Both the position numbers and the translations under genes were made by a program. Positions 29,258-37,098 of a DNA stretch of 41,527 nt are shown here, piece by piece. Source of the stretch: Candidatus Nanopelagicaceae bacterium (lineage in GTDB: Bacteria > Actinomycetota > Actinomycetes > Nanopelagicales > Nanopelagicaceae); the NCBI GenBank assembly GCA_044352485.1, contig JBILDT010000001.1:1-41527 (forward strand). The letters run 5' to 3'. Every line of letters begins with the position of its first letter. Within the stretch, counting starts at the first letter, position 1. The notes under the pieces are model-generated. The model was given only the letters and a program-made list of their open reading frames with translations. It did not search any database and was not told where the DNA came from.

Positions 29258-30289
29258 CTAGCTTATCTTTTTTAATTTTGGAATTCTAAATTCTTTACCA
29301 TTTGTTATGCCACCTGATCGCCAGAGCAGCACTGCTACGAAAGTTAGCGCGATTATCACGGCACGCGAACCAAGTGGAATTTGAATCTGTATCCCAAATA
29401 CGGGCAGGTCTTGCTCCATCATTAGTAAAACCTGGCCAACGGCGGTAATTAAGAAGGTGCCGACAAGTGCGCCCCAAATACTTGCACTGCCACCAACAAT
29501 TAACATTGAAAGAGTTATAAATGTAAATTCTAGGTAATAATCTTGAACTTGAAAGGTTCCTGCAACATGTGAATACATTCCCCCAGCAAGGCCTGCTACT
29601 GCACCAGAAATGATGAAGGCGATTAGTCGGACCTTAAAAATGCTTATTCCAAGTGCTGGCGCTGCCATAGCATCTTCACGAGTTGCGCGAAGAGTTCTAC
29701 CGATTCTGGAAATATTTATAAAGTAAACAATAATTAGAGAGAGAACTGCCAGAAGGAGCAGAATCCAATTGTTTTCAATCAGAGGAACTCCAGGCAAAGC
29801 TTGAGATCCCGGACCAATCTTCTTGTTATTGAAAAAGACGTTATAAGCCACTCCCAGTAGGGCGAAGGTAGCAATACCCGCAGCAAGTCCATTTAAGCGC
29901 ATTAAGAAAATTCCAGTGATAGCTGCAATTAGCCCACTCACTGCGGCCGAGATAACTAGTGCGACATAAATATTTACTTGAGGTGAAACTAGTGGCTCCC
30001 ACAGCTGGTTCATCGACAGGGCATTGTCTTTAATATTTACTGGTGCAGTTAACATCGCAGATACATAAGAGCCAATCAGTGCGAATGCGCCATGACCAAA
30101 TGAGAGAACGCCTGAATTTCCAACAAAGACTTGAAGCGCGAGAACCATTACAAATAAGCAGAGAGCCATTTGTGTAACCAACTGCAAGCTAGTTGAAGCA
30201 CCGCCCACAAAATGTGTTAAAAGAATCAGAACAATTATTGGCCCAAGAAGATTTTGCAATGAGAATTTAGTTACGCCACCGTGCTTCAT
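29258..30289 (-). CDS. HAAT-family ABC permease (LivM-like)
   Basis: G.LSFGHGAF..IG.Y, SRIGR.LRA.RED..AA..LGI, GGSASIWGA. Confidence 0.9.
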   Translation of the reverse strand: MKHGGVTKFSLQNLLGPIIVLILLTHFVGGASTSLQLVTQMALCLFVMVLALQVFVGNSGVLSFGHGAFALIGSYVSAMLTAPVNIKDNALSMNQLWEPLVSPQVNIYVALVISAAVSGLIAAITGIFLMRLNGLAAGIATFALLGVAYNVFFNNKKIGPGSQALPGVPLIENNWILLLLAVLSLIIVYFINISRIGRTLRATREDAMAAPALGISIFKVRLIAFIISGAVAGLAGGMYSHVAGTFQVQDYYLEFTFITLSMLIVGGSASIWGALVGTFLITAVGQVLLMMEQDLPVFGIQIQIPLGSRAVIIALTFVAVLLWRSGGITNGKEFRIPKLKKIS

Positions 30290-31161
30290 TAGACACGCTC
30301 CAATTCAGAGCCCTTACTTAAGAGCCCACCTGGACGCACCAACAAGATGACCAAGACCAGAATAAAGAGCCAGCTATATGCATAGACGCGGCCATTTCCA
30401 AGCAGAGTATTTAGCGAACTTAGAACGACGCCAACTATGAATCCACCAAGGGCCGCACCGCGCAAAGATGCAATTCCACCAATAACAATTCCAACTAACG
30501 AAAGAATTGTGATGTTAAGGCCATAGTAAGGACTGATCTGTGGATTTTGAATTACTAAAATTAAAGCAACGCATGCAGCGAGAACACCACTAAGACCAAA
30601 AGCTGCGCTAATCAACCGATTTGATCTGACTCCTAAAAGTCGCGCAGTCTTAAAATCTGCAGATGCAGCGCGAAGTTGTAGGCCAAGTGAGGTTTTTTCG
30701 ATGAGGTAACCCATAGCAAGCAAAATGACTATGGTTAATACGATTGTGATGATACTTGAGATAGTTATTGAGAGACCGGCAACCTTAAAATCACCACGTA
30801 GGAATGGCGCAACTACTGCTGATCTTGGAAGGGCTCCAAACATTAATTCATAAACACGCTGTAGAACAGTTGAAAGTCCGAAAGATGCGATCAACATAAT
30901 TGCTGGATTTACTCCACGCAATCTGCGATAAACCGAAAATTCCATTAGAAGTGCAACAAATACTGTAACTATGACGGTAAAAATCAAGCTTACAGCTAGT
31001 GGAAATTGTGCTGTTAATACCAATGTGTATGCCGCAATTGTTATCAATTCAGCGTGAGCAAAATTAACTAGGCGCATCACACCAAAAACCAGACCAAGGC
31101 CTAGGGCCGCTAAGGAATAAAGACCACCGAGACTAATTGCATCAAGTATTGACTGAACCAT
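30289..31161 (-). CDS. HAAT-family ABC permease (LivH-like)
   Basis: Y.L.ALGL.LVFGVMRLVNFAH, T.LG..LRA, RPGGL. Confidence 0.92.
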   Translation of the reverse strand: MVQSILDAISLGGLYSLAALGLGLVFGVMRLVNFAHAELITIAAYTLVLTAQFPLAVSLIFTVIVTVFVALLMEFSVYRRLRGVNPAIMLIASFGLSTVLQRVYELMFGALPRSAVVAPFLRGDFKVAGLSITISSIITIVLTIVILLAMGYLIEKTSLGLQLRAASADFKTARLLGVRSNRLISAAFGLSGVLAACVALILVIQNPQISPYYGLNITILSLVGIVIGGIASLRGAALGGFIVGVVLSSLNTLLGNGRVYAYSWLFILVLVILLVRPGGLLSKGSELERV

Positions 31162-31878
31162 TTATTCACCAGCCCCAAAGTAAGAACGTTGTAAAGATTC
31201 GGAATTTGCAGCATCTGCTGGAGTAAGTGTCGATTGCACTTTGCCATCTCGAATAACTATCGTCTTTTCGGCAAATGACGTTACTAGGTTGGCTCGTTGT
31301 TCAACAATAACAACCGCTGTCCCCATCTCAATAATTTCCTTCAGGCGATCAAAAACATCGGTAATAACTGTTGGGGCTAATCCCAAACTTGGTTCGTCTA
31401 GTAACAGAACTTTTGGCTCTGAAATCAAAGCACGTGCAATTGCTAATTGTTGTTGCTGTCCACCACTTAACATTCCAGCTTGATGATTTTCGTGTGTTGA
31501 AAGAACTGGAAAGAGTTCGCGCATTTTAAGAATTGCTTCGGTTGCGCCTTTCTTATTGCGGCGACCGGTCAAACCAAGTGAGAGATTTTCCTTCACTGTA
31601 AGTCCGCTAAATATCTGGCGGCCTTCTGGAACTAATGAAAGCCCTAATCGCACAATATCTTCTGGCTTCTTGCCAGCAATATTTTTTCCGTCAAAAGTTA
31701 TGGACCCGCCTTTTGGTGCAATTCCACCTGCAATTGCTTGGAGCAAGGTTGATTTACCGACGCCATTTGGTCCTACGATGCCAACTGATTTTCCTGGCTC
31801 TAAAGTAAATGAAACATCTGAAATAACTTCAACTTTCCCATATCCAGCTACCAAATTTGTAACTTCTAGAAGCGCCAT
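31162..31878 (-). CDS. ABC ATP-binding protein (LivF-like)
   Basis: GPNGVGKST, VPEGRQIF, LSGGQQQ, LLDEPSLGLAP, VEQ. Confidence 0.93.
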   Translation of the reverse strand: MALLEVTNLVAGYGKVEVISDVSFTLEPGKSVGIVGPNGVGKSTLLQAIAGGIAPKGGSITFDGKNIAGKKPEDIVRLGLSLVPEGRQIFSGLTVKENLSLGLTGRRNKKGATEAILKMRELFPVLSTHENHQAGMLSGGQQQQLAIARALISEPKVLLLDEPSLGLAPTVITDVFDRLKEIIEMGTAVVIVEQRANLVTSFAEKTIVIRDGKVQSTLTPADAANSESLQRSYFGAGE

Positions 31879-32609
31879 TAGTGCACCCCAGCATTTCCAA
31901 GATAGGCAGTTTTCACATCGGCATTGTTCAAAGCATCTTGTGGATTGCCATCAAAAATCAAAATTCCAGTTGCGAGAACTACTACTCTGCTACAAGCCTG
32001 AGTAACTAACTTAACGTTATGTTCTACTAGCAACATGCCACAACCAATATTTTTTCTTATAACTTCTAGCGCGTGCAACAATCTTGGAGCTTCATCTTCA
32101 TTGAGACCTGCGGCTGGTTCGTCCATGATCAAATACTTTGGGTGTGCGGCTACCGCACGTGCAAGGCCAACTAATCTGGCGTTACCGTGAGAGATACTTC
32201 CTGCTGCATATGGCGAGAGCTTTTCAATACCTAAAATTTCTAAAATTGTTTCAGACCGTTCGCGTGCAACTTTTCTGGATTCACCTAAACCAATTGCGCC
32301 TAAGGCAACATTTTCGGCAACGGTTAGATTTCCAAATAGGCGACCTGATTGAAACGTTCTGGCAATACCGGAACGTGCACGAGCATTTGGTTTTAAACCA
32401 TCAAGTGGCTTTCCTTCGACAACAACTGTTCCGCCATCTTGTTTCTCGTATCCAGCCAAGATGTTAATAAAAGTTGATTTGCCCGCACCGTTCGGACCAA
32501 GAAGGCCAACGATTTCTCCGGGGTTTATATTCAAAGTTACATTATCTAGAACCTGAAGGGCGCCAAAAGATTTACTAATTTCATTGGCATGAAAAGATTT
32601 TTGATTCAA
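31878..32609 (-). CDS. ABC ATP-binding protein (LivG-like)
   Basis: GPNGAGKST, GIARTFQ, DEPAAGLN, VEH, AYLG. Likely TTG start at 32609, 7 nt after a GAAGGGAG SD. Confidence 0.92.
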   Translation of the reverse strand: MNQKSFHANEISKSFGALQVLDNVTLNINPGEIVGLLGPNGAGKSTFINILAGYEKQDGGTVVVEGKPLDGLKPNARARSGIARTFQSGRLFGNLTVAENVALGAIGLGESRKVARERSETILEILGIEKLSPYAAGSISHGNARLVGLARAVAAHPKYLIMDEPAAGLNEDEAPRLLHALEVIRKNIGCGMLLVEHNVKLVTQACSRVVVLATGILIFDGNPQDALNNADVKTAYLGNAGVH

Positions 32610-32652
32610 ACTTTTGCTCCCTTCTTGAAAGTCCTTCAAGACCGCAGAATAA

Positions 32653-32693
32653 CAATAAAAAGAGGGTGCGCGACGTGATGCCGCACACCCTCT
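32653..32693 (-). terminator. Stem-loop with T-tract after the SBP gene
   Basis: AGAGGGTG...CACCCTCT inverted repeat (32661-32693) followed on the minus strand by TTTTATTG. Confidence 0.75.
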
Positions 32694-32714
32694 CTACTTA
32701 TTTGTTTGTAGCTA

Positions 32715-33914
32715 TTAGAAGGTTGGCTTCTTTGCAGCCGCATACTTCACAAGCTTTGTCTTGCCATTGGTGGTCTTCAAGATCGCCATTGGACGAGACA
32801 CATTCACGTGAAGTGTAGGTGTGAATGAAGTTGGACCTGCTGTTAGCTTTTCATTAGAGAACTTGTCCATTTCAGCGGCAAGCTTCTTACCGTCTGTTGA
32901 ACCAGCACGCTTTGCAGCAAGTGCAAATGCTTCAACTGCAGCAGCTCCGGTGATTAGACCTGAAGTTGCAGCAGCTGATCCGGTTGCCTTCTTGAAAGCA
33001 GCAAGAATGCTTCGGATCTTTGCATTTGTGTCATCGCCGTGAACTGATGCGTATGTAACAACATAGTGGTTAGAAAGATTTGGAACTGCTCCAGCCCAGA
33101 AGTTTCCATCCATACCGAAACCTGAAATTACAGGTGTCTTTATTCCACCAGCGCGGATAGCACCAAGTGCTTCAGCTCCGCCGCCTGGGTATGAACAAAG
33201 TGCAATTACGCCAGCAGCATCTGCCTTAGCAGCAGCAACTTGTGCAGTTACTGGCTTATCAAGTGCTCCTGCTTGGGTTTGGTTGAACTCTTGTGTTGAC
33301 TTAATAGTTCCACCAAGTTCCTTGAAGCGCTTTGCAAATGAATCGCATTGGCTAGTTGTGTATGCAATTGACATATCTTTGAAAAGAGTTGCAGTCTTTC
33401 CAAGTGATGCGTATGCATATTCAGCCATGATTGCAGCTTCGCCAGGAACAGCCGAACCTAGTGAGTAACCAAGTTTCAATCCATTATCTGGGCCCATTGC
33501 TGTTGATCCCACGCAAGGTGCGATAACAAGAACGCCAGCCTTTTCGCCAACTTGAGCAGACTTCAAGTTAATGTCTGCGTCGCAAGTTACAAGAAGAAGC
33601 TTTGCGCCTTCAGCAACAAATTGAGTTGCAATCTGTTGTCCCTTATCAGGGTTTGTTCCAGTATCAACAAACTTCAAAACAACTTTACAACCATCAATAC
33701 CACCTGATTTGTTCAAACGAGATACCGCAATCTTTGCGGTCTCAAGTGCAGGTCCATCGAATGGTGCCATGAAACCAGTTCCAGCCATTGCGGCTCCGAT
33801 TAGAATTGGCTTGTCACAAGCTGCATTCGCAGATGTTGCATTCATTGCTGAAATTCCAGTTGCGGCAAGTGCTGCTGCAGCAACGCCTACCAAAAACTTC
33901 TTAGAAATTTTCAT
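32715..33914 (-). CDS. HAAT-family (LivK/Peripla_BP_6-like) substrate-binding protein
   Basis: Signal peptide, G.MAPFD, N..GGIDG..V.L...DT, GG.I; AAGGAG SD; first gene of the Liv-type operon. Confidence 0.9.
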   Translation of the reverse strand: MKISKKFLVGVAAAALAATGISAMNATSANAACDKPILIGAAMAGTGFMAPFDGPALETAKIAVSRLNKSGGIDGCKVVLKFVDTGTNPDKGQQIATQFVAEGAKLLLVTCDADINLKSAQVGEKAGVLVIAPCVGSTAMGPDNGLKLGYSLGSAVPGEAAIMAEYAYASLGKTATLFKDMSIAYTTSQCDSFAKRFKELGGTIKSTQEFNQTQAGALDKPVTAQVAAAKADAAGVIALCSYPGGGAEALGAIRAGGIKTPVISGFGMDGNFWAGAVPNLSNHYVVTYASVHGDDTNAKIRSILAAFKKATGSAAATSGLITGAAAVEAFALAAKRAGSTDGKKLAAEMDKFSNEKLTAGPTSFTPTLHVNVSRPMAILKTTNGKTKLVKYAAAKKPTF

Positions 33915-34024
33915 GCATTTTCTCCTTAAGGTTTTTCTTGATTGCTGAACACCGGTCTTTACCGACGGAGCAAACTAGTAGGCAAATCTTGCCCTACTTT
34001 TGACCACCGTCAAATATCCACCCG

Positions 34025-34040
34025 GTAACAATCCGGTAAC
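34025..34040. promoter_or_regulatory. OmpR-family (GlnR/MtrA-like) direct-repeat box
   Basis: GTAAC-n6-GTAAC (GTTAC-n6-GTTAC on -), inside an 8-bp CCGGTAAC repeat with 11-bp period, upstream of the SBP gene. Confidence 0.55.
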
Positions 34041-34082
34041 TTTTGCCCGGTTTACGCCTATGAATCACCCTAAAAATAGCGC

Positions 34083-35141
34083 TTATGGGGCTGTTGGGTA
34101 GTCCGTGTATCCGATTGGGCCCCTCGAATAGAAGGTCTTGGAATCCCCAGAATTTAGCTCTAACCCCTGGGCCAATCGCTTTGGCAGATCTGGATTAGCG
34201 AGCGCCAACCTGCCAAAACTAAATAAATCTGCTTCACCAGTTTCAATAATTCGTTTCGCGGTTTCGACCTTTGTTTTATCTGCATAACCAGAATTAGCAA
34301 CTATTAAACCTGAATAAAGTTTGCGAGCAAACGGGATTGATTCAAATCCAAATTGATTCGAAACATGCAGAAATGCCAGCCTATGTCCGTTTATTGTGTT
34401 AATCAAATAGGTGTAGGTCTCTTCGATCTCAGTTTCGGCTACATCATTAAATGTGCCATTCGGCGAAATTCGAATTGCGGTTTTGTCGGCGCCGATTGCA
34501 TCAACTACTGCATTAAGAACTTCGATTACAAACTTACAGCGGTTCTCAACACTGCCACCATATCCATCAGTTCGAACATTCGAATTAGGTGCAATGAACT
34601 GATGCAGCAAATAACCATTTGCTGCATGCAATTCGACGCCATCAAATCCAGCCGCAATAGCGTTTCTCGCAGCGGTTACAAAGGCTTCTTTAGTCTCAGA
34701 AATATCTTGAAGGGACATTTCTTTTGGTGTTTCAAAGGGGTCCATGCCAGAACCGGTGAAAAGTTCACCTGCAGGTTTAACTGCACTTGCCGAAATTGGA
34801 TCGAGCCCAGTTATTTTCCTGTGAGAAATTCGACCTGAATGCATTATTTGCAAAAATATTCGACTGCCTGATTCGTGCACTGCTTGTGTGACTTTCTTCC
34901 AACCTGCAACTTGTGATTCGGTGTAAATGCCAGGAATTCCTGGATACGCCTTACCAACATGGGCCGGTGCAGTTCCTTCAGTAATGATCAGACCAAAACT
35001 TGAACGCTGCTTGTAATACTCGGCCATCAAGCCATTTGGATCGCCATTTTCATCTGCGCGATTCCGCGTCATCGGTGCCATGACCATTCGATTCGTTAAT
35101 TCATTTCCGCCGACAGTTACTTTTTCGAAGAGAGTTTTCAT
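34083..35141 (-). CDS. Old Yellow Enzyme / alkene reductase (NemA-like)
   Basis: MAPMTRNRA, YY.QR, ELHAANGYL (His/Asn pair + Tyr), GR..LANPDL, FY...GYTDYP. Confidence 0.93.
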   Translation of the reverse strand: MKTLFEKVTVGGNELTNRMVMAPMTRNRADENGDPNGLMAEYYKQRSSFGLIITEGTAPAHVGKAYPGIPGIYTESQVAGWKKVTQAVHESGSRIFLQIMHSGRISHRKITGLDPISASAVKPAGELFTGSGMDPFETPKEMSLQDISETKEAFVTAARNAIAAGFDGVELHAANGYLLHQFIAPNSNVRTDGYGGSVENRCKFVIEVLNAVVDAIGADKTAIRISPNGTFNDVAETEIEETYTYLINTINGHRLAFLHVSNQFGFESIPFARKLYSGLIVANSGYADKTKVETAKRIIETGEADLFSFGRLALANPDLPKRLAQGLELNSGDSKTFYSRGPIGYTDYPTAP

Positions 35142-35177
35142 GACTTAATTATTGTCTAACTCGGTTGTTCTTGCCTA

Positions 35178-35216
35178 CCAAAATCAAAGGGCCCCGACGG
35201 AAAGTCGAGGCCCTTT
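35178..35216 (-). terminator. Intrinsic terminator after the LLM gene
   Basis: Minus strand AAAGGGCCTCGAC-TTTCC-GTCGGGGCCCTTT followed by GATTTTGG. Confidence 0.75.
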
Positions 35217-35230
35217 AAATTACTAATGAC

Positions 35231-36331
35231 TTACTTAGGAACGCGAACGCCCTTCTTCTCTAAACGTGGCAATACTTCTTGTGCGAAGTATGGTAGTTCT
35301 TTTGCATAATCAAGAAACGCAATTGTCATTCCACCGAAGCCAGCTTTTGCGAAGCCTTCGATTGCATCTGCTACTTCATCAGGAGTTCCGATAAGTGGGC
35401 AAGATCCATGTCCAGCAGCAAAACGGCCGCGGAACATTTCAAGCATTTCCTTGCTAAATGACATTGCATGTAGACCTTGAAGCTTCATCAAGTTATCGAC
35501 TGCGTTCCAGTCTGCATATTCATCTGCGTAGTAATGCAAGAATTCATCAGCCTCTTTACGAGTTGGCTTGCAAACAACGTGGCCAAGAGTGAATACGCCC
35601 ATATCCCGCTTGTAATCATTCTTAGCTTGTGAAGTCACTTGCTTCACCACCTCGGCACCGTCTTCCGGACCGCCAACAACAGTAAATGCAAAGTTTGCAT
35701 TTCTTGCAGCAAATTCGCGGCCTTGTGGAGATGAACCAGCATTTAAAACTGGAAGGATTCCATCAAAAGGTTTTGGCATTCCTTCAACATGTTGCAACTT
35801 GAAGAATTTTCCGTCGTGATCAAACTTTCCTTCGGTGGTCCAGATTTTCTTAATGATTTCCCACCACTCTTGCGCGAGCGCATAGCGATCGTTGTGATCT
35901 TGTGGCAGATCCATTCCGAAGGTGTCATATTCTGGCTTGTTCCAACCAGCAACAATGTTTATTCCAGCGCGACCGCGACCAATGTGATCAACCGTTGCCA
36001 TCTGCTTTGCAACAACTATTGGATGATTGAAAGCTGTGTGAATTGTCGCGAAGATTGAGATTCGCTTGGTATTTGCAAGTAGTCCTGCTGCCCAAGTTGT
36101 TGGATCTAGAACGCCCTCATGAAAGTTTGTTTCTCCGCCATAACCAATCCATCTTGCGATTGGGAGAAGGAAATCAATTCCAGCATCATCGGCAATCTTT
36201 GCAAGACGTAAATTATCTTCCCAAGATCCTGTCCATCTATCGGGAGCTTTTGTTACAGCAAGTCCAGAAGAGCAGTTTGGTGAGAAGAGTCCTAGTTTGA
36301 ACCCCTTGCCATCTAGTAGTGCTTTTGCCAT
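35231..36331 (-). CDS. Luciferase-like flavin monooxygenase (RutA/SfnG/SsuD group)
   Basis: LGLF.PN, ADDAG.DF......W.GYGG, AKQ.AT.DH...GR...NIVAGW..PEY, NAGSS..GR.FAA, GTP.EVA, F..EVLP; AAGGG SD. Confidence 0.9.
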   Translation of the reverse strand: MAKALLDGKGFKLGLFSPNCSSGLAVTKAPDRWTGSWEDNLRLAKIADDAGIDFLLPIARWIGYGGETNFHEGVLDPTTWAAGLLANTKRISIFATIHTAFNHPIVVAKQMATVDHIGRGRAGINIVAGWNKPEYDTFGMDLPQDHNDRYALAQEWWEIIKKIWTTEGKFDHDGKFFKLQHVEGMPKPFDGILPVLNAGSSPQGREFAARNANFAFTVVGGPEDGAEVVKQVTSQAKNDYKRDMGVFTLGHVVCKPTRKEADEFLHYYADEYADWNAVDNLMKLQGLHAMSFSKEMLEMFRGRFAAGHGSCPLIGTPDEVADAIEGFAKAGFGGMTIAFLDYAKELPYFAQEVLPRLEKKGVRVPK

Positions 36332-36350
36332 TTATATCCCTTTCAGTTGG

Positions 36351-36854
36351 TTAGTTATTTAATTCGCTGATACTTCGTAGTGAACTATGAAGGAAAAGTA
36401 GTGGGGACTTGCCGCTATTTTCAAGGGTTTGAACCTTGCCAATTATCAGCATGTGGTCGTAGGTATCAAAAGTTTGAGTGGTAGCACATTCCATACGAAC
36501 GCTGACCCCAGCCAGAATCGGATTTCCCAGGTTAGACCTTTGAAACTCTAAGCCTTCGAATTTATCGACGCCCTTCTTTGCAAAGCGGGCAACCAAATCT
36601 TTCTGATCTTCTGCCAAGAAATGCACATTAAAAGATTTTGCTGACACCCAATGGCTATAAGAACTTGAAGACTTATCAACTGACCAGAGAATTAACTTCT
36701 CTTCTAGCGAAATCGAAGCAAGAGAATTACAAACAATTCCAATTGGTTTTGAAGAACCATCAGTTGCAGTTCCAGTAATGACGCTGACACCTGTTGCCCA
36801 GCTGGACATCGCCGATCGGAAAACATCTTTTGTTATCTCTTCATCAATTGCCAT
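36351..36854 (-). CDS. Flavin reductase (HpaC/RutF-like)
   Basis: FR.AMS.WATGVSVIT, F.V..L..DQ, xDH motif (YDH), PL.F; adjacent to the LLM gene. Confidence 0.9.
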   Translation of the reverse strand: MAIDEEITKDVFRSAMSSWATGVSVITGTATDGSSKPIGIVCNSLASISLEEKLILWSVDKSSSSYSHWVSAKSFNVHFLAEDQKDLVARFAKKGVDKFEGLEFQRSNLGNPILAGVSVRMECATTQTFDTYDHMLIIGKVQTLENSGKSPLLFLHSSLRSISELNN

Positions 36855-36994
36855 ACCTTAGGGTAAATTTAAAAAGTTTTAAGTCAAGGGTAATCTCGAG
36901 TTATCTTTGTGACTTGCGTCAATTAGGCGCGATACCCTAAACGCCATAAACAGCAAGAGTGAAGTTAGGGCTAAAGATATTTAGAGAAAAGTTC

Positions 36995-37070
36995 TGGTGC
37001 GCTTGAAGGGATTCGAACCCCTAACCTTCTGATCCGTAGTCAGATGCTCTATCCGTTGAGCTACAAGCGC
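36995..37070 (-). tRNA. tRNA-Arg(ACG)
   Basis: GCGCTTG acceptor stem, GCTC/GAGC D-stem, TCTGA-CTACGGA-TCAGA anticodon arm (ACG), TTCGAAT T-loop, encoded ACCA; 76 nt. Confidence 0.98.
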
Positions 37071-37098
37071 AGGCGTGCTGGCAAATACTACTCGTTGA

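Noticed and set aside
34353-34838. Long antisense ORFs (this one and others such as 647-1045, 2365-2766, 6748-7224, 28390-28854, 31556-32005)
   Set aside because: They lie opposite well-supported genes, have no motifs or translation signals, and are typical shadow ORFs.
35231-36854. Naming the LLM/reductase pair rutA/rutF or sfnG/msuE
   Set aside because: Only family-level similarity is visible and the diagnostic partner genes are absent.
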